62,114 bases of DNA, from NCBI GenBank assembly GCA_011773465.1, contig WVXO01000012.1, positions 2,368 to 64,481 on the forward strand, written 5' to 3'. The position numbers and the translations under genes are program-made. Below are positions 1-9,095 of this stretch, piece after piece; position 1 is the stretch's first letter; every line of letters starts with the position of its first letter. A model generated the notes under the pieces. The model did no database searches and had not been told where the DNA came from. It worked only from the letters and a program-made list of their open reading frames with translations. Origin of the DNA: Candidatus Aminicenantes bacterium. Its GTDB lineage: Bacteria > Acidobacteriota > Aminicenantia > Aminicenantales > Aminicenantaceae.

Positions 1-407
1 GAAGCAGTCTCGCTTGATTTTATATCAACCGTGGGCGATTCAGCGATGACTGTAACTTCTTCCTCGATAGTGGCTAGCTTCATGGCAAAGTCAATGGTTA
101 ATCTGATCGTGGTTGAGACTCTGATATTCTCCTGGCGAACCGTGATGAATCCTGAAAGCTCGGCTGTAACTACATAATCACCGGGGGGGAGAGCAGGGAA
201 TCGATACGAACCATCTGCTCCAGTGACTGCTGTTCGAATTCCCATTAATTGAGGGCTTGACAGCGTTATTGTCACACCAGGAAGCAGAGCGTTATCTTCA
301 TCCCGCGCTGTCCCGACAATAGCACCTGTTTCTTTGGACTGAGAAAAAACGAGGGGTGCAGCTACAAGGAGTAGAGCTAAAAGAGATGCGAGAGGTTTGA
401 ATTTCAT
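1..407 (-). CDS. TonB-dependent receptor, N-terminal part (signal peptide + carboxypeptidase-regulatory-like domain); runs off the window edge
   Basis: Not in the ORF track. Manual translation from ATG at 407: MKFKPLASLLALLLVAAPLVFSQSKETGAIVGTARDEDNALLPGVTITLSSPQLMGIRTAVTGADGSYRFPALPPGDYVVTAELSGF...EEVTVIAESPTVDIKSSETAS, typical of Oar-like TBDR N-termini. AAGGAG RBS upstream. Confidence 0.85.
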   Translation of the reverse strand, partial: MKFKPLASLLALLLVAAPLVFSQSKETGAIVGTARDEDNALLPGVTITLSSPQLMGIRTAVTGADGSYRFPALPPGDYVVTAELSGFITVRQENIRVSTTIRLTIDFAMKLATIEEEVTVIAESPTVDIKSSETA

Positions 408-598
408 TCTTTTCTCCTTTTCTTTTTTATCTTGTCTTAATTCTCCCATTATTCTTTTTACCTTTTTTCTATCTCTCTGCTCGATTATCACCTCCTCTAA
501 ATTGGAATTCAGTAACAAAAAATTGTTTATTAATTTATATACTATATTTTTTATATAAAATAAAGAATACTATCTACAATCTAAAATAATACCATATA

Positions 599-615
599 AG
601 CGAATTTCATGCCAA
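599..615 (-). promoter_or_regulatory. sigma-54 (-24/-12) promoter of the TonB-dependent receptor gene
   Basis: Minus strand TTGGCATGAAATTCGCT: GG-N10-GC in TGGCA context, about 190 bp upstream of the ATG. Confidence 0.7.
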
Positions 616-690
616 TTTTTTATATACTGATAATTCTTTTTTTATCAATAAGATACATTTCTTTGTTCTTACGAAAAAGCGCCTAAATAG

Positions 691-721
691 TTCAAATATT
701 TGGATTCTCCAAATATTTGAA
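691..721. promoter_or_regulatory. Perfect 14-bp inverted repeat, candidate enhancer-binding-protein site (UAS)
   Basis: TTCAAATATTTGGA-ttc-TCCAAATATTTGAA, 75-105 bp upstream of the sigma-54 motif. IHF-like TATCAATAAGATA at 643-655 lies between them. Confidence 0.55.
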
Positions 722-907
722 TCCCTCCTCTTGCTTATTATTTTGTAGTATTATAATAAATAAAAAAATTCAAAATCTTTCTGACCTTTCTTTATTTTTC
801 AGCCGTCGAAGAGTTTCCAGCTTCTAGGGCACAGCGATAATCGATAGTAAGAAATTTGAAACTCTTTCATGCTTGTGATATTTTTAGTAGTAGAAAAGAG
901 TTTAAGA

Positions 908-2950
908 ATGAAGAAGATTTCTATTTTCTTTTTTGTCCTTCTAGTTATTGCTTCGCATCTTACACCTGAAGAAAAACTCTTGCCAGAGCATAAAAACTGG
1001 CTGGAGCTAGTGGATCCCATTATCACCAAAACAGAAAAAGAAGTTTTTTTAAAACTGAAGACAATCCAGGAAAGAAACAAATTCATCCAGCTTTTTTGGA
1101 AAAGACGCGACCCTCTACCTGACACGAGCGAAAATGAATTTTTCAAAGAATACATGAAGCGAGTTAGTTTCGCTGATCTCAATTTTGGCCGTGGAGGTGT
1201 AAAAAAGGGAAGTCAGACTGAAAGGGGCCATTTTTATCTTCTTCTTGGTCCGCCTCTTGAAAGGCACATTTATGCAACTAGCTCTGAGCTTTGGCCTCTT
1301 GAACTATGGTATTACAAAGGCGAGCAACAATATGGCCTTCCACCCTATTTTTATCTAATCTTCTATCAGCCTCATGGATTGGGTGAGTATCGTCTTTATT
1401 ATCCTGGCGTTGAGGGGCCAGAAAAACTGGTCATACCCTCAGGAGCCCAGGCGTTGACTCGAACGATTGCCTACCAAGCAATGAAAAAAATCTCAGGAGA
1501 ACTGGCCAGTGCATCTCTCTCTTATCTTCCAGGAGATTCAACTTTTGGAGTAAGCTCCTTTTCCTCAAATATTATTATTTCCAACGCCTACTCTCTGGCC
1601 GAAAAGAAATTCTCTGACGCCTATGCTCGTTCCTTTTTATACTACAAAGACCATATTGATGTGGACTACACCCATAATTTTATCCAGAGCAGTTCTAAAG
1701 TTAAAGTCTTCAAGAACGGTGATCAATTTTATATCCACTGGACTCTGGAGCCGAAAAAGATCAATTTCGCTTCTTACCAAGGAAAATATTATTCTACTTT
1801 CCAGCTTAATCTAAGGATTGAAGATACCCAGGGAAACCTTGTTCTGGAAAAAGAAGAAGAGATTCCTCTCCAGATCACTCCCGAACAATACAAGCAGCAT
1901 GAACGCCAGCTTTTCGCTCTGCAAGACATCCTGCCGGTCATCTCAGGGAATTATAAGCTCTTTTTCTTACTCAAAAGTAAAACAGCCAAAGACTTCACCT
2001 CATTCGAGACTGAGGTCTTCGTTCCTCAAGAAGAGAGTGGCCCTTTTCTCAGCAACTTGATACTTTATCATTCTTCAGAAGAGCTGAAAGAAGGACAGAA
2101 AAGAAAACTTAAAGCATTTGCCTTTGGCGGAAAACAATATATTATTAACGCCCAGAACGATTTCCTTCCTCAAAAGGATATAGGCCTTTACTGCCAGGTT
2201 TACAACCTGGAGGAAAAAAATGAAAAGTTGCTTTTAATCGAAATACTTCCGATGAATGTTGAGACGCCTGTCCAAAGCTATAAAAAATCTCTGAGTGAAG
2301 TTTTATCTCCTGATGGCAACGGAATAGATGTCCGCTCCTTTACTTCTTCCTCCTTAAAGCCTGGCTACTACCGTCTCCAGGTCTCCCTCCTTGATGAAGC
2401 GGGGGAGAAGTTTCTGACGGAAAGAGAAAACTTCGTTGTCCTTTCCCAGCCATATCCTGTCATCCCCTGGATCTATTCTAAGATGCACACCTTTCCCAGC
2501 TCAGAACAGCTTTATACGTTAGCTTCCCAGTACTTTATGACCGGAAAGTACGAGCGTGCCCATAGCTTACTCGCGCAAGCTCTCAAAATGAGGGACGAAC
2601 CTAAGACAAGGCTTTTGTCGGCAAAATCTCTTTATGCCCTCAAGCAGTATAAAGATTCCCTTGCTATTGTCTTCCCGGTCTATCATGCCACTCAGAACAG
2701 AGAGGCAGCTAAAATCATTGCTGTAAACTATGCAGGTCTCGAAGATTGGACGACAGCTCTTGTCTATTTAGAAAAGCTTATGGAGCAGGCAGCAGAAATC
2801 AGCGTCCTAAACCTGGCTGCTGAATGCTATTTAAACTTAAACCAGCTTGAGAAAGCCCTGCCTCTTCTTCAAAAATCTCTAGAGCTAAATCCCAATCAGG
2901 CGAGAATCAAGGAGCTTGAAGCAAAAACAAAAAAACGCCTGGAAAATTAG
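908..2950 (+). CDS. GWxTD-domain protein with C-terminal TPRs, secreted
   Basis: Signal peptide from MKKISIFF (908; ORF track starts at 869). WLELVDPIITKTEKEVF...FWKRRDPLPDTSENEFFKEYMKRV...GSQTERGHFYLLLGPP is the GWxTD signature (variant GSQTE). TPR-like helices at the C-terminus. Confidence 0.85.
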   Translation: MKKISIFFFVLLVIASHLTPEEKLLPEHKNWLELVDPIITKTEKEVFLKLKTIQERNKFIQLFWKRRDPLPDTSENEFFKEYMKRVSFADLNFGRGGVKKGSQTERGHFYLLLGPPLERHIYATSSELWPLELWYYKGEQQYGLPPYFYLIFYQPHGLGEYRLYYPGVEGPEKLVIPSGAQALTRTIAYQAMKKISGELASASLSYLPGDSTFGVSSFSSNIIISNAYSLAEKKFSDAYARSFLYYKDHIDVDYTHNFIQSSSKVKVFKNGDQFYIHWTLEPKKINFASYQGKYYSTFQLNLRIEDTQGNLVLEKEEEIPLQITPEQYKQHERQLFALQDILPVISGNYKLFFLLKSKTAKDFTSFETEVFVPQEESGPFLSNLILYHSSEELKEGQKRKLKAFAFGGKQYIINAQNDFLPQKDIGLYCQVYNLEEKNEKLLLIEILPMNVETPVQSYKKSLSEVLSPDGNGIDVRSFTSSSLKPGYYRLQVSLLDEAGEKFLTERENFVVLSQPYPVIPWIYSKMHTFPSSEQLYTLASQYFMTGKYERAHSLLAQALKMRDEPKTRLLSAKSLYALKQYKDSLAIVFPVYHATQNREAAKIIAVNYAGLEDWTTALVYLEKLMEQAAEISVLNLAAECYLNLNQLEKALPLLQKSLELNPNQARIKELEAKTKKRLEN

Positions 2951-3028
2951 CCAGATTTTTCAGACATCAATAATTGATGAAAAAGCTAATAATAAAAACA
3001 TAAATATGAGACAGTTAGGGAGGAAACT

Positions 3029-3943
3029 GTGATAAAAAAAGCGATAATTTTATCCTGCTTAATTGGTTTGCTTCTACCGAATCTCTGGCCCTCAGTTCAA
3101 GGCAAGATTGAAGGAATCGTCACTGATAGCCAGGGTAATCCCCTGGAAAAAGTAACAGTCTCAATTGCTTCGATAAAAGCCTCAACTGGCCATATGAACC
3201 TCAAAACAGATAAAAAAGGCAAATTTGTTCAAGTCGGACTCTGGCCTGGTCGTTATCAGGTAAGCCTTAAAAAATCAGGCTATCTCCCCATTTCTCAGGA
3301 AGTAAAGGTCAGCATCGCAGAATCGACAAAACTTGTAGTCAAAATGGAGAAAGCTGAGGAGGCAATAGAGCGAAGCCTCTCCAAGGCGGACAGATTATTT
3401 CTTAAAGGATATAAACTCTACGAACAAAGCAAATATGAGGAGGCTGTCCAAGCTTATGAGGAGGCAGTAAAACTCAGCTCAACTCAGTGGGGTTATTTTT
3501 TTAACCTGGGCTTGGCTTATGAAAAACTGGACAAGAAGGAAGATGCTATGGCGGCCTTTCGGAAAGCTGTAGAACTCAATCCAGAGAGCTTCAGTAGCAA
3601 TAAAGAGCTGGGAGAGGTTTTAGGCAAGAGCGGAAATTACGAAGAAGCAAGAGTATATTACAAGAAAGCAACAGAGCTAGGCCCGGATGAGCCGGATGCT
3701 TTCTACAATCTTGGAGTCTGTTTGATGAACCTGGGTCATTCCGTTGAAGCTCTGAACGCCTTTCTGAAAGCAGTGGAGATTAAGGAAGATTATGTTGAAG
3801 CCTATTACCAGATAGGGACAATTTATATCGGTCAAAACAAGACTGAAGAGGCGGTGATAAGTTTAGAAAAATTCCTGGAATTGGCTCCAGAACATGAAAA
3901 AGCAGACATAGCCAAACAATTGCTTGATTATTTAAAAAAATAG
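3029..3943 (+). CDS. Secreted carboxypeptidase-regulatory-like domain + TPR protein
   Basis: Signal peptide; GKIEGIVTDSQGNPLEKVTV...TDKKGKF...LWPGRYQV domain; multiple TPRs (YFFNLGLAY, AFYNLGVCL, AYYQIGTIY). Confidence 0.85.
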   Translation: MIKKAIILSCLIGLLLPNLWPSVQGKIEGIVTDSQGNPLEKVTVSIASIKASTGHMNLKTDKKGKFVQVGLWPGRYQVSLKKSGYLPISQEVKVSIAESTKLVVKMEKAEEAIERSLSKADRLFLKGYKLYEQSKYEEAVQAYEEAVKLSSTQWGYFFNLGLAYEKLDKKEDAMAAFRKAVELNPESFSSNKELGEVLGKSGNYEEARVYYKKATELGPDEPDAFYNLGVCLMNLGHSVEALNAFLKAVEIKEDYVEAYYQIGTIYIGQNKTEEAVISLEKFLELAPEHEKADIAKQLLDYLKK

Positions 3944-3955
3944 GAAGGAAAAACG

Positions 3956-5413
3956 ATGTATAAGAAGAATTTTATATTCATTTTTGCCCTGGTATTCTTA
4001 GTCTTTCTAAATTTATCAGCTAAAAAGAAAGACAAGTACGAGAAATGGCTGGATGAAGTGAATCCTATCATAACTGATGCTGAAAAAGCTGAATTTAAAG
4101 AATTAAAAAAAGAAAAGGAAAAGGAGTTTTTTACGAAGCTTTTCTGGGCAAAAAGAGATCCCACCCCTCAAACAGAAAAAAACGAGCTTAAAGAAGAATA
4201 TTACAAACGCCTGAGTCATGTAAAAAAAGCTTATATTTATGGATACAAAAAGGGGGCTGCAACGGACATGGGGAAAGCGTATCTTTATTTTGGGAAGCCT
4301 AAACTCTTTCACGCGAAAGCGCCTGTTCCTGGTGCTGACCAGACTCCTCCTCGAGTTGACTCACCTTCCATGCACACTGAAAGAGAGTTCCCCCCACAAA
4401 TGTGGATTTATCCAACTCTACCCTGGATGAATATTCCAAAAGAAGGTTTCAACCTTATCTTCTCTCATGATGGACTCGGGTATGTCCTGGACCGCGAGAA
4501 GACCGAAACAAGAGCGATGCAAGCTTTTTATGCCTATCCAGAAAAAATCTTATTATTTCCAGATTTGAAAGAAATCCCTAAGCGGAGAAAAATCGTAACA
4601 TTCTCCCCGGAGTCATTTGAAGGAAAGCTCATTCAAAAGCTAAAATCCGCTCAAGAAGATATTGTTCAGATTCCTTTTGAAAAAAAGACAATATTCACCA
4701 AGGCTGAAAATGAAAGCAGCTATTTAACTATTCTTCTAAAAATTGATACAGCAGAGAAGAAAGAAATAATCGAAAAAAAATTAAATTTTTTCGCCAGGGT
4801 TGAATCAGAATCATATTTCTACGATTTCAGCGAGGAAAAAGCTCCGATTAAAGAGAAAGACTATTTTATCTCCCAGGTCGGCCTTCCTCTCAGGCCAGGA
4901 GAATACAAACTGTATCTCGGTTTCTACTCGCCCGACAAGAAAACATATTCAATAAAAGCAGACAACATTGAAGTCCCCGATTTCTGGACACAAGAGCTTG
5001 CTTTCTCATCTTTGCTTGCTTCCTCCCAGGTTCAGGAAGTGACAGCAGCGGCCAAGAAAGAAGAATTTGATGTTTTCTCTCTAGGCCGCTATTCTCTTCT
5101 GCCGCTCTATGGCCAGGAGTACACCAAAGAAGAATCTCTGAATATATTTTATTATATCTATAATCCCGCGGTGGATGAAAACCAAAACTGTTCCCTAACG
5201 ATTGAATTAGAGCTTCAATTGGGAGAAAAGAAATTCAACCTGAATCCTCAAAAAATACAAAGAAAAGTGGGCGAAGTAAGAGCCATACTGGAAGGCCACC
5301 AAATTCCACTCTCTGCTCTTCCAGAATCAGGTGAATATCAGCTGATTGTGAAAGTGACAGATGAAATAACTAAAAAAACTGTCAGCAAAAAGCTGAAATT
5401 CATTCTCCTTTAA
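3956..5413 (+). CDS. Second GWxTD-domain protein, secreted
   Basis: Signal peptide; KWLDEVNPIITDAEKAEF...FWAKRDPTPQTEKNELKEEYYKRL...GAATDMGKAYLYFGKP; Ig-like C-terminal domains. Confidence 0.85.
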   Translation: MYKKNFIFIFALVFLVFLNLSAKKKDKYEKWLDEVNPIITDAEKAEFKELKKEKEKEFFTKLFWAKRDPTPQTEKNELKEEYYKRLSHVKKAYIYGYKKGAATDMGKAYLYFGKPKLFHAKAPVPGADQTPPRVDSPSMHTEREFPPQMWIYPTLPWMNIPKEGFNLIFSHDGLGYVLDREKTETRAMQAFYAYPEKILLFPDLKEIPKRRKIVTFSPESFEGKLIQKLKSAQEDIVQIPFEKKTIFTKAENESSYLTILLKIDTAEKKEIIEKKLNFFARVESESYFYDFSEEKAPIKEKDYFISQVGLPLRPGEYKLYLGFYSPDKKTYSIKADNIEVPDFWTQELAFSSLLASSQVQEVTAAAKKEEFDVFSLGRYSLLPLYGQEYTKEESLNIFYYIYNPAVDENQNCSLTIELELQLGEKKFNLNPQKIQRKVGEVRAILEGHQIPLSALPESGEYQLIVKVTDEITKKTVSKKLKFILL

Positions 5414-5440
5414 TATTAAGACTCTTCTTTAAAGAGTAAG

Positions 5441-5521
5441 GAAAAATTTCTTGAATTAACACCCGAACACGAAAAGGTAAATATTGCCAGACAATTACTT
5501 GAGTATTTAAAGCAAAGCTGA
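5441..5521 (+). pseudogene. Remnant 3' end of a paralog of the 3029-3943 TPR gene
   Basis: Translates EKFLELTPEHEKVNIARQLLEYLKQS* versus EKFLELAPEHEKADIAKQLLDYLKK* at the end of 3029-3943. No start codon; its TGA abuts the sulfatase ATG. Confidence 0.75.
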
Positions 5522-7651
5522 ATGAAGAAAAGACTGAAAAAAACTATTCCTTTCTTACTCTTAATACTGACCGGAATAGTTTCTGCAGATTATTCATTCC
5601 TGGTTTCACAAGAAAAACAAGCGAACTTGAATGTGCTCCTTATAACTATTGATACTATAAGACCGGACAGACTAAGTTGCTACAGCAGGAAATATTTACA
5701 GACTCCTCATATAGAAACGTTAGCTTCGAAGGGCATACTCTTTAAAAGAGCATTTGCGCACAATCCAACGACTCTTCCTTCTCATGCCAATATCTTATTA
5801 GGAACCACTCCTCTCTATCACGGAGTTCATGACAATTCAAATTTCATCGTTGCTCAAGATTTTCTTACTTTAGCCGAACACTTAGAAAGCAAAACGTATT
5901 CAACGGGAGCTTTTGTAGGTGCTTTTCCTCTCGATTCTCGCTTTGGCTTAACTCAGGGATTTGACGTTTATGATGACTCTTATCCTTCCAAATCTTCGAT
6001 TGCCTTTGCCTTTACAGAAAGAATCGCTGAGAGAGTTATCGATGAAGCTCTAGGCTGGATGAAGAAACAAAATTCTCCATGGTTTTGCTGGATTCATCTC
6101 TGGGACCCTCACGCGCCCTACATTCCTCCTGAACCTTTTAAAAGCAAATTCAAGGATGAACCTTATTCAGGAGAAGTCGCCTATGTTGATTACGCATTAG
6201 GAAAATTGTTTGATTACTTGGAAAAAAATAGTCTTATGGAAAATACGTTGATCATATTAACCGGAGACCATGGAGAATCTCTGGGTGAACACGGTGAATT
6301 AACCCATGGCTATTTTGCTTATAACAGCACTCTCTGGGTTCCTTTAATCATTGTGGGCCCAGGAGTGAATTCTGGTCAAACAGATCAATATGCCAGCCAC
6401 ATTGATATATTTCCTACTGTGTGCGATTTTCTGGGTATAGAAAAACCAGCTTTCCTTCAAGGAGTTTCCCTGCTGCCTTTAATAAGAGGAGAGAAAATAA
6501 AGAAAAGGGCCATCTATTTTGAATCATTAGAGGCCTACTATAATAGTGGCTGGGCATCTCTTCGAGGATTCATAGAAGAGGAGAAAAAATTTATAGACTC
6601 CCCTATTCCCGAATTTTACAGCCTTGAAAATGACTTTGATGAAAAGATAAATCTTATCAAGAAGATTAATTTGGAGAAATATCAGAAAAAGCTAAAAAAA
6701 ATGGAAGAAGAATTTTCTTTTCCTCTTAAAGGCCAAGTCGTTCAAAAAATTGACAGAGAAGCTCAAGAGAAACTGAGAAGTTTGGGATACCTTGCCTCTC
6801 CAGTGCCTCAGTTAAAAAAGAATTTCGGACCAGAATATGATTTAAAAACCCTTCTGCCTTTTCAGAAAAAATTGAACAGAGCGATTATGTTTTATGATGA
6901 GGGCAGAATGGAGCAAAGCATCAAATTATTGAATGAAATTATCCAGAAGAGAAAGGACTTTGCTGCGGCTTATACTCATCTTTCCCATATATATAAAAAT
7001 CAAGGACGGATAGAAAAAGCTATCCAAGTCATGGAGGAAGGATATAATAATAATCCGAACAACTATACAATCATCTCAACCTACGGCATTCTTTTGATTG
7101 AAGAAGGGAGATTGGATAAAGGTATTGAGGCTCTCCAGCAAGGACTCGCATTATTAGACTTTGATCCTGAGCTATGGAATTACTTAGGAGTTGCTTATTG
7201 GAAAAAAGGGAATTACGAAAAAGCTCTTGAACACTACAGGAAAGCCCTTTCTCTTGATAATAACGATGCTGTAATTCTTAATAACTTAGGTACGCTTTTC
7301 CTCTCGATTTTTATCCGCAACAAAAAAGTAGATGCTCATTCTCAATCAGTTGAATATTTTAAGAAAGCTATCGAGCTCGATCCCGATTTAGCTTCAGGAT
7401 ATAACGGATTAGGTGGAGCCTATAAAATAATAGGAAAAATCGATGGTGCCATATCTTGTTGGGAAAAGTCATTAGAACTGAACCCGAATTATGATTTTCC
7501 TGTTTATAACTTAGGAATGGCTTATTATGAAAAAGGGGATAAGGCTCAAGCCCTCAGATATTTCAAGAAATACCTTGCACTAAAAGCTGATATCATTTCT
7601 CATGAAGAAAAGAGAAAAATAGAAGACCTTATCCAAAAGTGCAAATTATAA
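5522..7651 (+). CDS. Sulfatase-like (alkaline phosphatase superfamily) hydrolase fused to TPRs
   Basis: NVLLITIDTIRPD, TLPSH (Thr at the CxPxR nucleophile position), HLWDPHAPY, GDHGE; many C-terminal TPRs. Confidence 0.85.
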   Translation: MKKRLKKTIPFLLLILTGIVSADYSFLVSQEKQANLNVLLITIDTIRPDRLSCYSRKYLQTPHIETLASKGILFKRAFAHNPTTLPSHANILLGTTPLYHGVHDNSNFIVAQDFLTLAEHLESKTYSTGAFVGAFPLDSRFGLTQGFDVYDDSYPSKSSIAFAFTERIAERVIDEALGWMKKQNSPWFCWIHLWDPHAPYIPPEPFKSKFKDEPYSGEVAYVDYALGKLFDYLEKNSLMENTLIILTGDHGESLGEHGELTHGYFAYNSTLWVPLIIVGPGVNSGQTDQYASHIDIFPTVCDFLGIEKPAFLQGVSLLPLIRGEKIKKRAIYFESLEAYYNSGWASLRGFIEEEKKFIDSPIPEFYSLENDFDEKINLIKKINLEKYQKKLKKMEEEFSFPLKGQVVQKIDREAQEKLRSLGYLASPVPQLKKNFGPEYDLKTLLPFQKKLNRAIMFYDEGRMEQSIKLLNEIIQKRKDFAAAYTHLSHIYKNQGRIEKAIQVMEEGYNNNPNNYTIISTYGILLIEEGRLDKGIEALQQGLALLDFDPELWNYLGVAYWKKGNYEKALEHYRKALSLDNNDAVILNNLGTLFLSIFIRNKKVDAHSQSVEYFKKAIELDPDLASGYNGLGGAYKIIGKIDGAISCWEKSLELNPNYDFPVYNLGMAYYEKGDKAQALRYFKKYLALKADIISHEEKRKIEDLIQKCKL

Positions 7652-7661
7652 GATTATTCTT

Positions 7662-8624
7662 TTATTTTTTCAGGATATAAAAGTCCCTTTTGCTTTTGTC
7701 TTTTTTTACGAGTCTGAAATCAATAATCTTATACTCCCTCTCGAATAGAGCCTTGAAAACCTGCCTTGTCTTCATCCTCCATTCAACGGGAATACTCCTG
7801 ACTTTGTTCTCAGCGACATCTGTCTCCTGGAGCATGCGATAAAAATCAACAGGAATTTCAACCAAAAGGAATTCATGGTCTAAATCAAGGTTTAAGTCTT
7901 TAACCACTTCAATCTTAAGAGCTCCGCTCCTGCCTTTGACTTCCTCGATGCCAGCCTCGAGAGCAATACAGCCTGAGTCAATCAAGCGCTCTAGATCGTA
8001 TTCAGGCCTTTGAATATCTTTCTTGAGATCCCAGGAGACAGTAAACCTGTCGCAGGGAATATCTACTCTATTCAGCAATCCGATAAAATCTTTATAAAAA
8101 GCATCTCTGTATTCGACCACATCCATTCCAAAGTGATGGATATTCCGGTAAGCATTGATTCCTGTTAAAGGATCAAAAGTATTGGTAACAGTATAAATCC
8201 CGAAGTTCTCCATCAACTTTTCTCTCTGAAACTCCTTTATTAGAATCCCAAGACCATAAAGCTGAAAATCTTGCCTGACCCCTACATACTGGGAATAAAA
8301 TAGGAGATTATCAGCTTCTCTGAAGGCAACTTTTTTGTCCTTTATTCCGACAAATCCATAAGAAAAGCCGACAAGATGCTCTCTATCCTGCTTGAATTCT
8401 CCGCTCCTGCTTTCCACATAAACGGCTATAAATAAGCTGCTTCCATCATACAGAAAATTTGTGCACATCATGTTTCTCGCACCAGGTAGGTTATCCTTTG
8501 GATCACCCCAAATCTCATTCCTCAGCTCTTCGTATTTCTGGTAGTCGCTTGGGTGGTCTGAGCTTTCCACTTTAAACAAAAAATTCTTTCCTTTGATCTT
8601 GTGAATTTTTTCAAATTCTTTCAT
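7662..8624 (-). CDS. Predicted GNAT-superfamily acetyltransferase (COG3375-like)
   Basis: LVGFSYGF, YSQYVGVRQDFQLYGLGILIKEFQRE, TFDPL...NAYRNIHHFG, DRFTVSW, WRMKTR. Confidence 0.7.
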   Translation of the reverse strand: MKEFEKIHKIKGKNFLFKVESSDHPSDYQKYEELRNEIWGDPKDNLPGARNMMCTNFLYDGSSLFIAVYVESRSGEFKQDREHLVGFSYGFVGIKDKKVAFREADNLLFYSQYVGVRQDFQLYGLGILIKEFQREKLMENFGIYTVTNTFDPLTGINAYRNIHHFGMDVVEYRDAFYKDFIGLLNRVDIPCDRFTVSWDLKKDIQRPEYDLERLIDSGCIALEAGIEEVKGRSGALKIEVVKDLNLDLDHEFLLVEIPVDFYRMLQETDVAENKVRSIPVEWRMKTRQVFKALFEREYKIIDFRLVKKDKSKRDFYILKK

Positions 8625-8795
8625 TTTTGAAAAAGTCAGCTTCAGAAAATCTTGTTTAAGATTACAATGATTTTATCCAAACGCTCTTTCCATTGCAAAT
8701 TCCTTCTGGGGTCAAGTCTTGCTTTTTGCACCCCTTTCTAGTCCCCTTTTTATGACTCCTTTCTGGTTTCTAGAAAAAGCAGACTGTTCTTCATG

Positions 8796-8965
8796 CTCAT
8801 TAATTAGGTAACACCTTCTGTAATGATATTGAAGATATAAGTGTCATTGCGAGCGACCGAGGGGAGCGTGGCAATCTCACCGGAATAAATAACTCCTTTT
8901 TATGAGATTGCTTCGTCGCTTCGCTCCTCGCAATGAAATTATAAGAGTGTTACAGGATTAATGAG
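8796..8965. repeat. MITE-like element: imperfect terminal inverted repeats enclosing a GTCATTGCGAG...CTCGCAATGA palindromic element
   Basis: Left CTCATTAATtagGTAACAC versus reverse complement of right end CTCATTAATcctGTAACAC. Internal 8843-8936 GTCATTGCGAG...GCAATCTCA...TGAGATTGC...CTCGCAATGA. Confidence 0.65.
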
Positions 8966-9095
8966 TTAGTATACCTCTCCCCTTTTCTTTATTATTTATG
9001 GATTTGAATTCCGTTTTTTTTTAGTATATGTTAATCATCTTTAATGGAAGATAGCTATCTGAAAAGACTCTACTCGACTTAACAGGAGAAATAAG

